Shown here in pieces: positions 1 to 9,847 of a DNA stretch of 58,838 nt (position 1 is its first letter; each line of letters begins with the position of its first letter). The notes beneath the pieces are model-generated. The model was not told the origin of the DNA. It worked only from the letters and a program-made list of their open reading frames with translations, and searched no databases. The stretch lies in IMG/VR virus record IMGVR_UViG_3300036779_000075, positions 1 to 58,838 of that record. The stretch is one strand, 5' to 3'. The DNA is from a virus (taxonomy: Duplodnaviria > Caudoviricetes). The position numbers were made by a program, and so were the translations under genes.

Positions 1-414
1 CGCTGCCGACGCCGCTGCCGACGCCGCTGCCTACGACGCTGCCTACGACGCTGCCCGCGCCGCTGCCTACGCCGCTGCCTACGACGCTGCCGACGCCGCT
101 GCCCGCGCCGCTGCCGACGCCGCTGCCGACGCCGCTGCCGACGCCGCTGCCTACGACGCTGCCTACGACGCTGCCCGCGCCGCTGCCTACGCCGCTGCCT
201 ACGACGCTGCCGACGCCGCTGCCCGCGCCGCTGCCGACGCCGCTGCCGACGCCGCTGCCGACGCCGCTGCCTACGACGCTGCCTACGACGCTGCCCGCGC
301 CGCTGCCTACGCCGCTGCCTACGACGCTGCCGACGCCGCTGCCCGCGCCGCTGCCGACGCCGCTGCCCGCGCCGCTGCCTACGCCGCTGCCTACGACGCT
401 GCCGACGCCGCTGC
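1..414 (+). repeat. Coding tandem repeat; 120-bp unit x3 (1-120, 121-240, 241-360) built of GCTGCC-(TAC/GAC/CGC)-(GAC/GCC) subunits
   Basis: Identical sequence lines at 1/121/241 and 61/181/301. Confidence 0.95.
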
Positions 415-520
415 GAAGAAGGTCTTCGCCCCGACCGTCAGCGAGTTGCAGGACTCCGCGATCGACCTGTTCGCGCGCATGATCCGCATCGGCCGCGAGC
501 CCGAGCTGACCGCCGCGTAA
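1..520 (+). CDS. 3' part of Ala-rich repeat protein (continues from 58266 across the window ends)
   Basis: Frame starting at nt 2 reads [23 protein letters not shown]... then [39 protein letters not shown](520); same repeat as window end. Confidence 0.85.
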   Translation, partial: AADAAADAAAYDAAYDAARAAAYAAAYDAADAAARAAADAAADAAADAAAYDAAYDAARAAAYAAAYDAADAAARAAADAAADAAADAAAYDAAYDAARAAAYAAAYDAADAAARAAADAAARAAAYAAAYDAADAAAKKVFAPTVSELQDSAIDLFARMIRIGREPELTAA

Positions 521-528
521 CCCCGGAC

Positions 529-570
529 TCCCCTCCCGCGCGGTGCCCGCACTGCCCGCGCGGGAGGGGA
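529..570. terminator. GC-rich hairpin, probable terminator/processing stem
   Basis: tcccctcccgcgcgg ... ccgcgcgggagggga 15-bp inverted repeat just after stop. Confidence 0.55.
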
Positions 571-591
571 CTAGACGCTTAAGGACCGATC

Positions 592-1182
592 ATGACCGAC
601 GTTCACGCCGACAACCTGCGGAAAGCCGCAGAGCGCTTCGTCAGCGACGCCGAGGAATGGCGCGCCATTCCCGACTACGAGAGCAACTACGAGGTGAACT
701 CCGAAGGGCGTGTCAGGAGTCGCCGTAGGAAAGGCGCCCCAGGTGGCGTGATAGCCCAGCAGTTGGACGCCTCGTCCGGTTACAGCTCCGTAGGGCTGTA
801 CTCGAACGGCAGGTCCACGACTCACAAGGTGCACCAACTGGTCGCGGCGGCGTTCCTCGGCCCGCAGCCGAAGGGCCTCCAAGTTCGACACCTTGATGGC
901 AATCCCACTCACTCGGCCGTCACCAATCTCGCGTACGGCACGCCTGCCGAAAATCAGTGGGATCGCGTCGCGCACGGGCGCCACTTCAACGCGAACAAGA
1001 CCCATTGCCCCCAGGGACACGAATACACGCAGGCAAACACGTACACACTGCCATCGCGGCCTCGGACTCGGTACTGCCGGAAGTGCAAGACCATCGATCA
1101 GAGGGCGAGAAGGCGCGGACAGGCCGCTCCTGCGCCCACGGAGGCTGCTATCGCCGTCGGGGCGGTGGCGAGCGATGGCTGA
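592..1182 (+). CDS. NUMOD4/HNH homing endonuclease with C-terminal Zn ribbon
   Basis: WRAIPDYESNYEVNSEGRVRS (NUMOD4), VHQLVAAAF...VRHLDGNPTHSAVTNL (HNH), CPQGH...CRKC. Confidence 0.9.
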   Translation: MTDVHADNLRKAAERFVSDAEEWRAIPDYESNYEVNSEGRVRSRRRKGAPGGVIAQQLDASSGYSSVGLYSNGRSTTHKVHQLVAAAFLGPQPKGLQVRHLDGNPTHSAVTNLAYGTPAENQWDRVAHGRHFNANKTHCPQGHEYTQANTYTLPSRPRTRYCRKCKTIDQRARRRGQAAPAPTEAAIAVGAVASDG

Positions 1183-1462
1183 GCCGATCGCGCCCGTCAC
1201 ACCCGACTACCTACGCCAACTGCGCCTAATGGTCGGCGACGGTGTTAGCGGCTACTCGAACAGCGCCGTCGCTTCGCTTATCGCTGAGATCGACCGGCTT
1301 CAGCGGATCATCAACAACGTCAGCGTCGACCTCAACGACGAGGCGTTTCCGATCGGCCATCGGATCGAGCACGCCGCCAGCCACCTGCTGGAGTGCCCGG
1401 AGGCCGTGTTCGGCGAGTTCCCGCACGGGCCGGACGCGGCAGCGAAGGCGGTGAGCGTCTGA
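1175..1462 (+). CDS. hypothetical phage protein
   Basis: ATG 1175 overlapping upstream gene end; TGATG coupling with next gene. Confidence 0.65.
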   Translation: MAEPIAPVTPDYLRQLRLMVGDGVSGYSNSAVASLIAEIDRLQRIINNVSVDLNDEAFPIGHRIEHAASHLLECPEAVFGEFPHGPDAAAKAVSV

Positions 1463-2142
1463 TGTTCGGTGGCGCACTGTCCTGGCTCGCACGGGACACA
1501 CCCAAGACGCCCGCGACTCCCGTCACAGTCACCGCCTCAGGGCGCCTGTGGGACGGCCCTGGCCCCGAGGTCCCCGGCGCCCAGCGGCCCGCTGACGCAC
1601 ACCCAGCCGCCGGACACTGGTTCGAGCACGCACGGGACGCGGCAGCGCCGCGTGCGGGCCTCGCCGCCGAGACCCAGGCTGAGTACACGGGCGGCCTGCC
1701 GCCGCCGGAGGCCCTGGCCGCGACCGACCGAGCCGAGCGGGAGAGACTCGACGGTCTCCTCTACGGCCGGGCCCCAGCACCGGAAATGGACCCGAACTGG
1801 GGCGTGGGCGCCACGAGCCTGGGCGCTGGCTTCGCCGACGGCGGACCGGTCGGGCACCCGTGCAGCGCCGACCCCGGCGAGGCCCGGCGTCAGGCCGACT
1901 TCCCCGAACCGCCCGACTACCACCGGCCCCCGACGTCGACTGGCCGGCTGCTGCTTGAGATCGACGTGCAGATCGCCGGGTCGCTCGCGTCGCGCAACCA
2001 GATCCTGCGCCGCCAGCTCGTCGACGAGCAGGACCGGCGGGAGCGGGCCGAGCGGCGTGTCGCCGAGCTGGATCTGACGGTGAAGGCGCTCGGCAAGCTG
2101 ATCGCGCACGCCGCCGGGCACGACAAGACGGGCGGCGAGTGA
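1462..2142 (+). CDS. hypothetical protein, C-terminal coiled coil
   Basis: Translationally coupled ORF; C-terminal LRRQLVDEQDRRERAERRVAELDL. Confidence 0.65.
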   Translation: MFGGALSWLARDTPKTPATPVTVTASGRLWDGPGPEVPGAQRPADAHPAAGHWFEHARDAAAPRAGLAAETQAEYTGGLPPPEALAATDRAERERLDGLLYGRAPAPEMDPNWGVGATSLGAGFADGGPVGHPCSADPGEARRQADFPEPPDYHRPPTSTGRLLLEIDVQIAGSLASRNQILRRQLVDEQDRRERAERRVAELDLTVKALGKLIAHAAGHDKTGGE

Positions 2143-2390
2143 TGGCCACCTACAGCCGCCGTGAGCGCGTGACCCGCACCGTCGAGTTCACCGTTCCCGC
2201 GCAGCGCCCCTACGGCGCCTGCTGGGTCGAGGTGATGAAGGCCATCCGCGCGGCGATCCAGGAGTTTCGTGACCTGAAGTACCCGAACATCGCGCTCGAC
2301 GTGTTCGAGCCGGGCGACGACGAGATCCGCATCCTCGCGGGTGACGACGAAGTGATCGTGTACTTCGAGGCGGAAGACGGTCCGTTTTGA
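2142..2390 (+). CDS. hypothetical phage protein
   Basis: Coupled ORF with GC3-biased codons. Confidence 0.7.
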   Translation: MATYSRRERVTRTVEFTVPAQRPYGACWVEVMKAIRAAIQEFRDLKYPNIALDVFEPGDDEIRILAGDDEVIVYFEAEDGPF

Positions 2391-2719
2391 CCACGACCGC
2401 TATCTCCCTCAAGGGCCGCCAGCGCGACTTCGGTCCGCGTCTGGAGTGGGCGCCCGACATCGTGTACGTCGGGCGCCAGTGCACGCAGGGCGGCTGGCGG
2501 CTGCCCGCGTCGCAGTTCGCGAACCCGTTCCGCGCCCAGCGGGTCGGTGGCGCGGCGAAAGCGGTCGCGTTGTACCGGGAGTGGCTGCGGGGGCGGCCGG
2601 AGTTGGTGGCGGTCGCGCGGGTGGCACTGCGCGGCAAACGGCTCGGCTGCTGGTGCGCCAGCGGGATGGCGTGCCATGCCCGTGTGCTTGCGGAGATCGC
2701 GGACGGAGCGCAGCCGTGA
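2387..2719 (+). CDS. DUF4326-family protein
   Basis: VYVGR...FANPF...LRGKRLGCWC...CHARVL signature. Confidence 0.85.
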   Translation: MTTTAISLKGRQRDFGPRLEWAPDIVYVGRQCTQGGWRLPASQFANPFRAQRVGGAAKAVALYREWLRGRPELVAVARVALRGKRLGCWCASGMACHARVLAEIADGAQP

Positions 2720-2964
2720 ACGAGGCGCGCCTCTACGACTCCAGCGGCGGGGACCAGATCGGAACTGTCCTGGTCCCCGCCGGCCCGTCCTGTGATGACA
2801 CGTGTGACGCCTGCGGCGAGTGCCTGCACTGCATTCCGGAGTGCACCTACGACGTCGATGGCGTATGGGACGGGCCGCGTGAGCGACCGCACTTCTGGGT
2901 GGTGTACGCGGATCAGCTTGACGGGTTCATCGCGGCCCATCAGGGCGCGGAGATGAAGCCTTGA
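2716..2964 (+). CDS. small Cys-rich (Zn-binding) hypothetical protein
   Basis: CDACGECLHC motif; GTGA overlap. Confidence 0.65.
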   Translation: MNEARLYDSSGGDQIGTVLVPAGPSCDDTCDACGECLHCIPECTYDVDGVWDGPRERPHFWVVYADQLDGFIAAHQGAEMKP

Positions 2965-3194
2965 CCACTCACCGCCTCGACACCGACGCCCTGCACTTGG
3001 CGATCTACGCCCGCATGCACGCCGAGAAGCTGACTGCCCGGCAGGTAGCCGAGCGGGTCGGGGTCAGCGCGTCCACCCTGACGCGGATCAAGCAGGGTCA
3101 GCGGCCCGACGCGGATGGTCTGGTGTCGCTGCTGGTGTGGCTGGGGCGCGGGGTCGAGGACTTCACCGTGCTGAACGCGGGCACGCCGCTGTGA
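2961..3194 (+). CDS. XRE-family HTH protein
   Basis: TARQVAERVGVSASTLTRIKQGQRPD. Confidence 0.85.
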   Translation: MTTHRLDTDALHLAIYARMHAEKLTARQVAERVGVSASTLTRIKQGQRPDADGLVSLLVWLGRGVEDFTVLNAGTPL

Positions 3195-3256
3195 CCTCCC
3201 GTCCGCGCGACGAAAGCGCCCTCGGCCGTCGTCCGGGGCGCTCGCGTGCGGGCACG

Positions 3257-3481
3257 TCAGGAGTCGGCGGCCTCCGACCGCAGCGAGGCCAGTACCTCGT
3301 CGGCGTGACGCTCGGCCCACTCAGCGAGCCACGCGGGCACGATCGCCGCAGCCCGGTCCGTGCGATTGAGCACGTAGGTGATCGGCAGTTCGCCGAGTTC
3401 GTGCCGCGCGGCGCGCGCGTCCTGGCTGATCCGGCCGAATCGCTTGTACAGGTCTCCGGTCGCGATCTCGGTCGTGGTCAC
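3257..3481 (-). CDS. Phd/YefM-like small DNA-binding protein (orphan antitoxin-like)
   Basis: AAGGAG RBS then GTG; TTTEIATGDLYKRFGRI...ITYVLNRTDRAAAIVP resembles the Phd N-terminal fold. Confidence 0.55.
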   Translation of the reverse strand: MTTTEIATGDLYKRFGRISQDARAARHELGELPITYVLNRTDRAAAIVPAWLAEWAERHADEVLASLRSEAADS

Positions 3482-3499
3482 TCTGGCTCCTTGGGTCAC

Positions 3500-3600
3500 G
3501 ACGCGGATTCTACGCAATCTACTGAACATCGTAGCTTTCCCCATAGTCCTTAACAAGATGATCGTGGACTATCAGAACTTCAAGAAGTTCGGTAAGATTT
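3500..3600. promoter_or_regulatory. Divergent promoter/operator region upstream of rep1
   Basis: AT-rich; palindromes gaacttc-aa-gaagttc (3575-3590) and atagtcc...ggactat (3543-3572); -10-like TAAGAT (+, 3593-3598) and TAGAAT (-, 3507-3512). Confidence 0.55.
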
Positions 3601-3693
3601 AGAGCGAACTCCGCTAGGCAAGCGCGAACGGAAAAGAGCAGGCAGTGACGGTGGCCGTTGACCAGCGAGTTCCCCATCACAAGGGAGCGCGCC

Positions 3694-4575
3694 GTGGCTG
3701 ACTCGCGGGGCTTCTTGAAGCTCACGACCGACTTCACCGAGCACCCGAAGGTCGTGGAGTCCGGGGGCGACGCCGGGTGGCTGCACGTGTGTGCGCTCGC
3801 GTACTGCTCGCGCAACCTCACCGACGGCATGATCCCGATCAGCCTCGTGCCGCGCCTATCTGACCGCGAGAACCCGAAGCAACTTGCCAGCACTTTGCTA
3901 GACGTGTGCTTGTGGCATGCGGCTGGCCACGACTGCAAAAGGTGCCCGCAGCCCGACGACCGGCACTACGTCATCCATGACTACCTGGAGCACCAGACCA
4001 GCGCCGCCAAGGCGAAGGAAATCAGCGAGAAGCGCGCTGTCGCAGGTCGCAAGGGTGCGTACGCGAAAGCTGCTGGCAATTTGCCGAGCAACTTGTCTAG
4101 CAACTTGCCAGACGCTGGCCAGGCCGTTGCCACTGGCAAATCGCTAGCAGAAGTAGAGGTAGAAGTAGAGGTACATAGGAAGAAGACTTCGTCTTCTTCT
4201 CGGCGCGCACAGCGCGGCACACGCATCCCCCCTGACTTCTCCGTCACCGCCGACATGGTCGCTTGGGCACGCACCAACGCACCCAACACCGACGGTCGCC
4301 GCGAAACCGAGAAGTTCAAGAACTACTGGACCGCCAAGTCCGGACGCGACGCCACGAAGCTCGACTGGGTCGCCACTTGGCGCAACTGGATGCTCAAGGC
4401 CGAAGACGACGCCATCGCGTCCGGCCGCATCCCCCTCCCCGCAGCGACGAGCGAGTCCACGCGCCCCGCCTGGTGCGGTTCGTGCGACGAGCGGACCCGG
4501 ATGGCTGGCCCGGCGACCGCGCCGTACCGCTGCCCCACCTGCCACCCACTCACGCAGAAAGCGAGCACGACGTGA
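3694..4575 (+). CDS. Phage replication initiator (Rep1, lambda-O-like architecture)
   Basis: WLHVCALAYCSRNLTDGMIP N-domain, HDYLEHQ, KLDWVATWRNW C-domain, terminal CxxC...CxxC; internal iterons; upstream of DnaB. Confidence 0.8.
   Translation: MADSRGFLKLTTDFTEHPKVVESGGDAGWLHVCALAYCSRNLTDGMIPISLVPRLSDRENPKQLASTLLDVCLWHAAGHDCKRCPQPDDRHYVIHDYLEHQTSAAKAKEISEKRAVAGRKGAYAKAAGNLPSNLSSNLPDAGQAVATGKSLAEVEVEVEVHRKKTSSSSRRAQRGTRIPPDFSVTADMVAWARTNAPNTDGRRETEKFKNYWTAKSGRDATKLDWVATWRNWMLKAEDDAIASGRIPLPAATSESTRPAWCGSCDERTRMAGPATAPYRCPTCHPLTQKASTT
4075..4199 (+). repeat. Putative ori1: iterons inside rep1
   Basis: 12-bp-period ggcaatttgccg/agcaacttgtct/agcaacttgcca (4075-4110; further copies 3878-3899), tandem agaagtagaggt x2 (4149-4172), palindrome gaagaagac-ttc-gtcttcttc (4179-4199). 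Confidence 0.7.
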
Positions 4576-5099
4576 CCGAGATCCCGACCCTCGCGCACGG
4601 TACCGCACCGGACTCTCAGACCCTCATCCGCCGCGTCGCCTCGATCATCCGTGAGCGCGCCACCAACGCCACCCCCGGCGACTGGGGCGACGACGCCAAC
4701 GTCACGCACGGTTTCAGCGTCAAAGCCACGCACGAGGGCGAAACCTACTTTGTCGCGTGGACCGGCGACGAGGAGAACAACGACGGCGAGCCGACCAACG
4801 CCTACGCCGACCAGTTGTTCATCGCTGCGATGCAGCCACAGGTCATGCTCGCCGTCGCGGACTGGCTTGACCGGACCGCCGAACAGCATCCCGCGTCGTG
4901 GAATGTCAGCGAGTGCCCGTCGTGCGGCACTGGCCACTGCGGCCCGCACCCGGACACGCTCGGCTGCAACGAGTGCGCCGAGGACTACCCGTGTCGTATC
5001 GCGGCTCCGGCGTTCGAGCTGGCGCGTCGGTTCTGGAACGGTGTCGCGACGTTCACCACCGAGCTGGTGCCAGCAGTGCCCGTGGACGTGACCACGTGA
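4572..5099 (+). CDS. hypothetical protein with Cys clusters
   Basis: GTGA-coupled; CPSCG...CNEC...YPC. Confidence 0.7.
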   Translation: MTEIPTLAHGTAPDSQTLIRRVASIIRERATNATPGDWGDDANVTHGFSVKATHEGETYFVAWTGDEENNDGEPTNAYADQLFIAAMQPQVMLAVADWLDRTAEQHPASWNVSECPSCGTGHCGPHPDTLGCNECAEDYPCRIAAPAFELARRFWNGVATFTTELVPAVPVDVTT

Positions 5100-5428
5100 C
5101 GCCCGGTGTCCCCGTCGCCGATCTGACGGCCGCAGAGTGGGCCGCCGCCGCGCTCAAGCAGGCCGACACCGCCGGAATGCGCGTCGCGCTCATCGAGACC
5201 AGGCACCTGCGGGCGCTGCTCGCCGAGCTTGGCCAGTACCGCCTGATCGAAACCGCCGACCGGGAAGCCGCGCAACGCGTCCGCGACGAATGGGAGGCCG
5301 GCCGCCAGCCAACCGGCCAGTGCGAGGACTGCACCTGCTGCACCGCCTCCGGGTGCCACACCGGCCCCGGATCCACGTGCCCCACTAACCAGCTCGGGGA
5401 CTCCGTGTGCCCCTGCACCGGAGATTGA
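5096..5428 (+). CDS. hypothetical protein, Cys-rich C-terminus
   Basis: CEDCTCC...C...CP...CPC. Confidence 0.7.
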   Translation: MTPGVPVADLTAAEWAAAALKQADTAGMRVALIETRHLRALLAELGQYRLIETADREAAQRVRDEWEAGRQPTGQCEDCTCCTASGCHTGPGSTCPTNQLGDSVCPCTGD

Positions 5429-5433
5429 CGGCG

Positions 5434-6783
5434 ATGACCGACCGCACCCCGCCGCAGGACCAGGGCGCCGAGATGGCCGCACTCGGCGGCATGCTCCTCA
5501 ACAGGTACGCCATCGCCGAAGTCGCCGAGATCCTCACCGGCGGCGACTTCTACAAGCCCGCACACGAACAGATCTTCACCGCCATCCTCGACCTGTACGC
5601 CGACGGCCAGGGCGCCGACGCCGTCACCGTCTCCGCCCTCCTGGCCAAACGCGGCGAACTCGCCAAAGTCGGCGGCGCGGCCTACCTGCACACCATCATG
5701 GCCTGCGTACCCACCGCCGCCAACGCCGGCTACTACGCCGTCATCGTCCGCGAACACGCACTGCGCCGCCGCCTGGTCGAAGTCGGCACCCGCATCGCCC
5801 AGATGGGCTACGACACCGAAGACGGCGCCGACATCGCCGCGATCATCGACCGCGCCCAGGCCGAGACCCACGCCCTCGACCGGCCCGGCACCGGCGACGA
5901 CGAACCATCGAACATCGACGCGTTCGACCGGATGCTCGGCGACATCGAGAACGGCGTCGAAACCGGCATCCCCACCGGATTCTCCGACCTCGACGCGCTC
6001 ACCCGCGGCCTGCACCCCGAACAGCTGATCATCCTCGCCGCGCGGCCCGCCATCGGCAAATCAACAGCCGGGCTCGACATCGCCCGGCACGTCGCCATCC
6101 GCCACCGCCTCACCACCGCCGTCTTCAGCCTGGAGATGAGCCGCGCCCAACTCCTGCGCCGCGCCACCTCCGCCGAAGCCGGAGTCGAACTGCACCACCT
6201 CGCACCCGGCGCCATGTCCCCCCGCGACTGGGAACGCGTCGCCAACGCCCGCGAACGCATCGTCAGCGCACCGCTCATCATCGACGCCTCGTCACACCTG
6301 ACCATGATGGGCATCCGCACCAAAGCCCGCCGCATGGTCCAGAAGCGCGGCCTGCGCCTCGCCATCGTCGACTACCTGCAACTGGTCAACGCAGGCGGCC
6401 GCCGCCCGGAGAACCGGCAGCAGGAAGTCGCCGAGATGTCCCGTGGCTTCAAGCTGCTCGCCAAGGAACTCCAGATCCCGATCATCGTGCTCGCGCAGCT
6501 CAACCGCGGCCCCGAACAGCGCGCCGACAAGCGACCGATGATGAGCGACCTGCGCGAATCCGGCGCCATCGAGCAGGACGCCGACGTGGTGATCCTGCTG
6601 CACCGCGAGGACGCCTACGAGCGCGAATCCCCGCGCGCCGGCGAGGCCGACTTCATCGTGGCGAAGCACCGCGACGGCCCCACCGCGACGATCACGGTCG
6701 CGTTCCAGGGCCACCTGAGCCGTTTCGTCGACATGGCCAAGCAGGACTGGACGCCGAGCAGCGCGCTGGCAGGCCGCTCATGA
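5434..6783 (+). CDS. dnaB: Replicative DNA helicase
   Basis: N-terminal PPQD..AE.A.LGG.LL, Walker A AARPAIGKS, IVDYLQL, QLNR, DLRESGAIEQDAD. Confidence 0.97.
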   Translation: MTDRTPPQDQGAEMAALGGMLLNRYAIAEVAEILTGGDFYKPAHEQIFTAILDLYADGQGADAVTVSALLAKRGELAKVGGAAYLHTIMACVPTAANAGYYAVIVREHALRRRLVEVGTRIAQMGYDTEDGADIAAIIDRAQAETHALDRPGTGDDEPSNIDAFDRMLGDIENGVETGIPTGFSDLDALTRGLHPEQLIILAARPAIGKSTAGLDIARHVAIRHRLTTAVFSLEMSRAQLLRRATSAEAGVELHHLAPGAMSPRDWERVANARERIVSAPLIIDASSHLTMMGIRTKARRMVQKRGLRLAIVDYLQLVNAGGRRPENRQQEVAEMSRGFKLLAKELQIPIIVLAQLNRGPEQRADKRPMMSDLRESGAIEQDADVVILLHREDAYERESPRAGEADFIVAKHRDGPTATITVAFQGHLSRFVDMAKQDWTPSSALAGRS

Positions 6784-6959
6784 CCACCGAGCCCGAGGCC
6801 ACGACCGCCGCGGACTTCCTCGACGCCGCCACCGCGCGACTCGACGCCCTCTGCCGCGCACCTCTGACGGACGCCGAGCGCGAGCTGTGGCGCATCGCCG
6901 CCCAGCACAACGCCGCGCTACGGGCGATCGTCGAGCGGACGGCGGCGGACCCGCGATGA
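6780..6959 (+). CDS. small hypothetical protein (59 aa, below ORF-track cutoff)
   Basis: ATGA overlap with dnaB stop; MTTEPEATTAADFLDAATARL... Confidence 0.55.
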   Translation: MTTEPEATTAADFLDAATARLDALCRAPLTDAERELWRIAAQHNAALRAIVERTAADPR

Positions 6960-6991
6960 CCACACCCGAGACCACCAGGCAGGAGCCGACC

Positions 6992-7330
6992 ATGACCACC
7001 AGCGCCGCCGAAACGCAGACAGCCGACCGGCTTCTGATCGCCTGGACCGGGGACATCGCCCGCATCAAGGCGTTCCTCGACGCCCACGGCGCGTTCTACG
7101 ACGAGCTGGCCACGCGCGGCCACGGCTCCACGTGGAAGGTCGCCATCCACCAGCTCACGCCCAAGCGCGGCGGCAACCGCGTCACCGCGAGCGTCGGCGA
7201 CGTGCTCGTCTTCCGCAGCGCCCTGATCGAAGTCGACAGGCGCGAGCCCAAGCGACGCACACCCCCCCCCGAGCCGCCAGCCAGCCTGTACGACGCGCTC
7301 GCCGAGATCGAAGGCGAGGACGTGAAGTGA
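6992..7330 (+). CDS. hypothetical protein
   Basis: AGGAG RBS before ATG 6992 (alternative start 6956). Confidence 0.65.
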   Translation: MTTSAAETQTADRLLIAWTGDIARIKAFLDAHGAFYDELATRGHGSTWKVAIHQLTPKRGGNRVTASVGDVLVFRSALIEVDRREPKRRTPPPEPPASLYDALAEIEGEDVK

Positions 7331-8886
7331 GCCTCACCTTCACCGACATCTTTTGCGGCGCCGGCGGGTCCTCGACGGGTTTGGTCGGCGCGGGCTTCGA
7401 GCTGAAACTGGCCGCCAATCACTCCCGGATCGCGATCTCCACGCACGCCGCCAACCACACCGCGGCCGACCACATCTGCGCCGACATCAACAACTACGAC
7501 ATGCGCCGCCTGCCGCGCACCGACGTGCTGTGGGCGTCCCCGATCTGTCAGGAATCTTCTCCGGCGGGCGGCCGCCGCCGCCGCGTCAAGGGCCAGCTCG
7601 CGCTCGACCTGGAGGAGTACGGCGCGGTCGAGACCGGGGCGTGGGAGCGCACCCGCGCCACCGCGTACGACGTTATCCGCGCCACCGAGATCCACCGGTA
7701 CAAGGCGGTGCTGTGCGAGAACGTCGTGGAGTTCGCCGTCGACTGGGAGCTGTTCGACTGGTGGCGCTCGGGCATGGAGTCGCTCGGCTACAACTCGCAG
7801 GTCGTCTCCGTCTCCAGCGCGCACGTCGGCGCCGGGACCAACCCGCACGCCCCGCAGTGGCGCGACCGGATCTACATCGTCTTCACCCGCAAGGGCGTCC
7901 CGCTGCCCGACATCACACCGCGCCCGCTCGCCTGGTGCGCGGCCTGCGGCGAGGACGTGCACGCGGTTCAGGCGTGGCGCAACGGCCGCAAGATCGGCAA
8001 GTACAAGCAGCAGTACGACTACCGCTGCCCCAACGCCGCCTGCCGCCACGCGGTCGTCGAACCCTACGTACGCCCCGCCGCGTCGGTCATCGACTGGTCG
8101 AACACCGGCACGCGCATCGGCGACCGCGCCCGGCCGCTCGCCGCCGCGACCATGGACCGCATCCGCGCCGGCCTGGCGATGTTCCCCGAGACCCGCACCG
8201 TGCTGACCGTCAACCACTCCGGCCACGACGGGCGCGCCTTCCCCGCCGACGCCGCGCCGCTGCCCTCGCGCACCGTGAAGATCGGCGAGGGGCTGCTCGT
8301 TCCCTCCGGAGGCACCTGGAACACGGCGCCCACCAGCACCGCCGAGCCGATGCGCACCCGCATGGCCAACCCGAAGGGCTTCGAGGCCCTGGTCGCGGCG
8401 CCGTTCGTGATCGAGTACCGCAACCACGCCACCGCGGCCCCGGTCGACGACCCGCTCGCGACCGTCACCGGGCAGGGCAACCATCACGGCCTGGTCGTGC
8501 CCGGCGCGTTCTACGTCAAGCATTACGGCGGAGGCGCCCGGCCGCAGGACATGTGCCGCACCGTCGACCACCCGTTCGGCACGATCACCACCTCCGACCA
8601 CCACTCGCTGGTGATCCCGTACCGCAACGCCGCCCCGAAGACCACCGCGCAGCCGTTGCACACCATGAGCACCGTCGACTCCGCCGCGCTCGTACAGGGC
8701 GCGGTCGAGATCGAGGACTGCTACTTCCGGATGCTCCAGCCCCGCGAGCAGCTGCTCGCGCAGCGCTTCCCCGCCGAGTACATCGTGCACGGCACCAAGG
8801 GCGAGCAGACCATGCAGGCCGGCAACGCGGTGTCCTGCAACGTCGCGCAGTGGATCGGCGAGCGTGTCGCGGCGGTACTCGGATGA
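7327..8886 (+). CDS. DNA (cytosine-5) methyltransferase
   Basis: DIFCGAGG (motif I), WASPIC (IV), ENV (VI), QWRDR (VIII), QRFP, GNAV (X). Confidence 0.93.
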   Translation: MSLTFTDIFCGAGGSSTGLVGAGFELKLAANHSRIAISTHAANHTAADHICADINNYDMRRLPRTDVLWASPICQESSPAGGRRRRVKGQLALDLEEYGAVETGAWERTRATAYDVIRATEIHRYKAVLCENVVEFAVDWELFDWWRSGMESLGYNSQVVSVSSAHVGAGTNPHAPQWRDRIYIVFTRKGVPLPDITPRPLAWCAACGEDVHAVQAWRNGRKIGKYKQQYDYRCPNAACRHAVVEPYVRPAASVIDWSNTGTRIGDRARPLAAATMDRIRAGLAMFPETRTVLTVNHSGHDGRAFPADAAPLPSRTVKIGEGLLVPSGGTWNTAPTSTAEPMRTRMANPKGFEALVAAPFVIEYRNHATAAPVDDPLATVTGQGNHHGLVVPGAFYVKHYGGGARPQDMCRTVDHPFGTITTSDHHSLVIPYRNAAPKTTAQPLHTMSTVDSAALVQGAVEIEDCYFRMLQPREQLLAQRFPAEYIVHGTKGEQTMQAGNAVSCNVAQWIGERVAAVLG

Positions 8887-9311
8887 CCGCCCGCACCGCG
8901 CGTAGGCCCACGCCACCCGAGACGACCGCGCCGGCCGGAGTCCTCATCGACCTCACGCTCGACGTCGCCCCCATCCCCAAGGGGCGCCCCCGCGTGAACA
9001 CCCGCACCGGGCAGGCGTACACCCCGGCCGCGACCCGCGCCTACGAGCAGCGCATCGGCTGGCTGCTGCGTCAGGCCCGCGTGCCGTGCGCCCGGAGCGG
9101 CGAGTTGGGCGTGACTGCGGTCTTCCACCTGGCCGACGGGCAGCGCGCCGACGTGGACAACCTCGCCAAGGCGCTGCTGGACGGCGCCAATGGGATCGCG
9201 TACCGGGATGACGCGCAGGTCACGCAACTCGCCGCCCGGATCGTGCGCGGTGACGGGCTGCCGCGAATCCGCCTGACCGTGTACCGCCTAACTCCTGGAG
9301 AGACCGAATGA
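8883..9311 (+). CDS. rusA: RusA-like Holliday junction resolvase
   Basis: PIPKGRPR...YTP...DVDNLAKALLDGANGIAYRDDAQV. Confidence 0.92.
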   Translation: MTARTARRPTPPETTAPAGVLIDLTLDVAPIPKGRPRVNTRTGQAYTPAATRAYEQRIGWLLRQARVPCARSGELGVTAVFHLADGQRADVDNLAKALLDGANGIAYRDDAQVTQLAARIVRGDGLPRIRLTVYRLTPGETE

Positions 9312-9847
9312 AGCGCTACGCCCCGCTCGCCCTGATCGGCTACGCCGCCGCCATCGTCGCTGCGAACTACCTGACCGCACACCACGGCCTGATCCCGGTC
9401 GGCTTCGGCCTGACCGCCACCGCGGGCACCTACTGCGCCGGCGCCGCACTCATGCTGCGCAACCTCGTGCAGGACAGTCTCGGCCGCCGGTTCATCGTGC
9501 TGGCCATCGCAGCAGGCGCAGCGCTATCGGCCCTCACGTCCCCGGCGCTCGCGCTCGCCTCCGGTGTCGCGTTCGGTGTCAGCGAACTGGCCGACACGGC
9601 GCTCTACACGCCGCTGCGAAAGCGCGGCTGGGCGCGCGCCGTTCTGCCCGCGAGCCTGCTCGGCGCGATCCTCGACTCCCTGCTGTTCCTCGCCATCGCC
9701 GGATTCCCCGTCACCGTGCGCGGCGTCGCCGGGCAACTGGTCGGCAAGACGTGGGCCGTCTGGCTGCCGGTCGCAGCCGTGACGCTGGCGCGGGGGGTGC
9801 GGCGTGGTCCGGTACATGGGGACGCCGTCGAGTCCAGCGGTGCGTGA
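9308..9847 (+). CDS. VUT/YhhQ family queuosine-precursor transporter
   Basis: Hydrophobic TM protein: IVAANYL, AGTYCAG..L.LRNLVQ, ALAS..AF..SE.AD..LYT.LR, S..GA.LDS.LFL.IA, GQLVGK. Confidence 0.85.
   Translation: MKRYAPLALIGYAAAIVAANYLTAHHGLIPVGFGLTATAGTYCAGAALMLRNLVQDSLGRRFIVLAIAAGAALSALTSPALALASGVAFGVSELADTALYTPLRKRGWARAVLPASLLGAILDSLLFLAIAGFPVTVRGVAGQLVGKTWAVWLPVAAVTLARGVRRGPVHGDAVESSGA

Noticed and set aside
1-414. CRISPR array or DGR variable repeat
   Set aside because: No unique spacers, cas genes or reverse transcriptase; it is an in-frame coding repeat.
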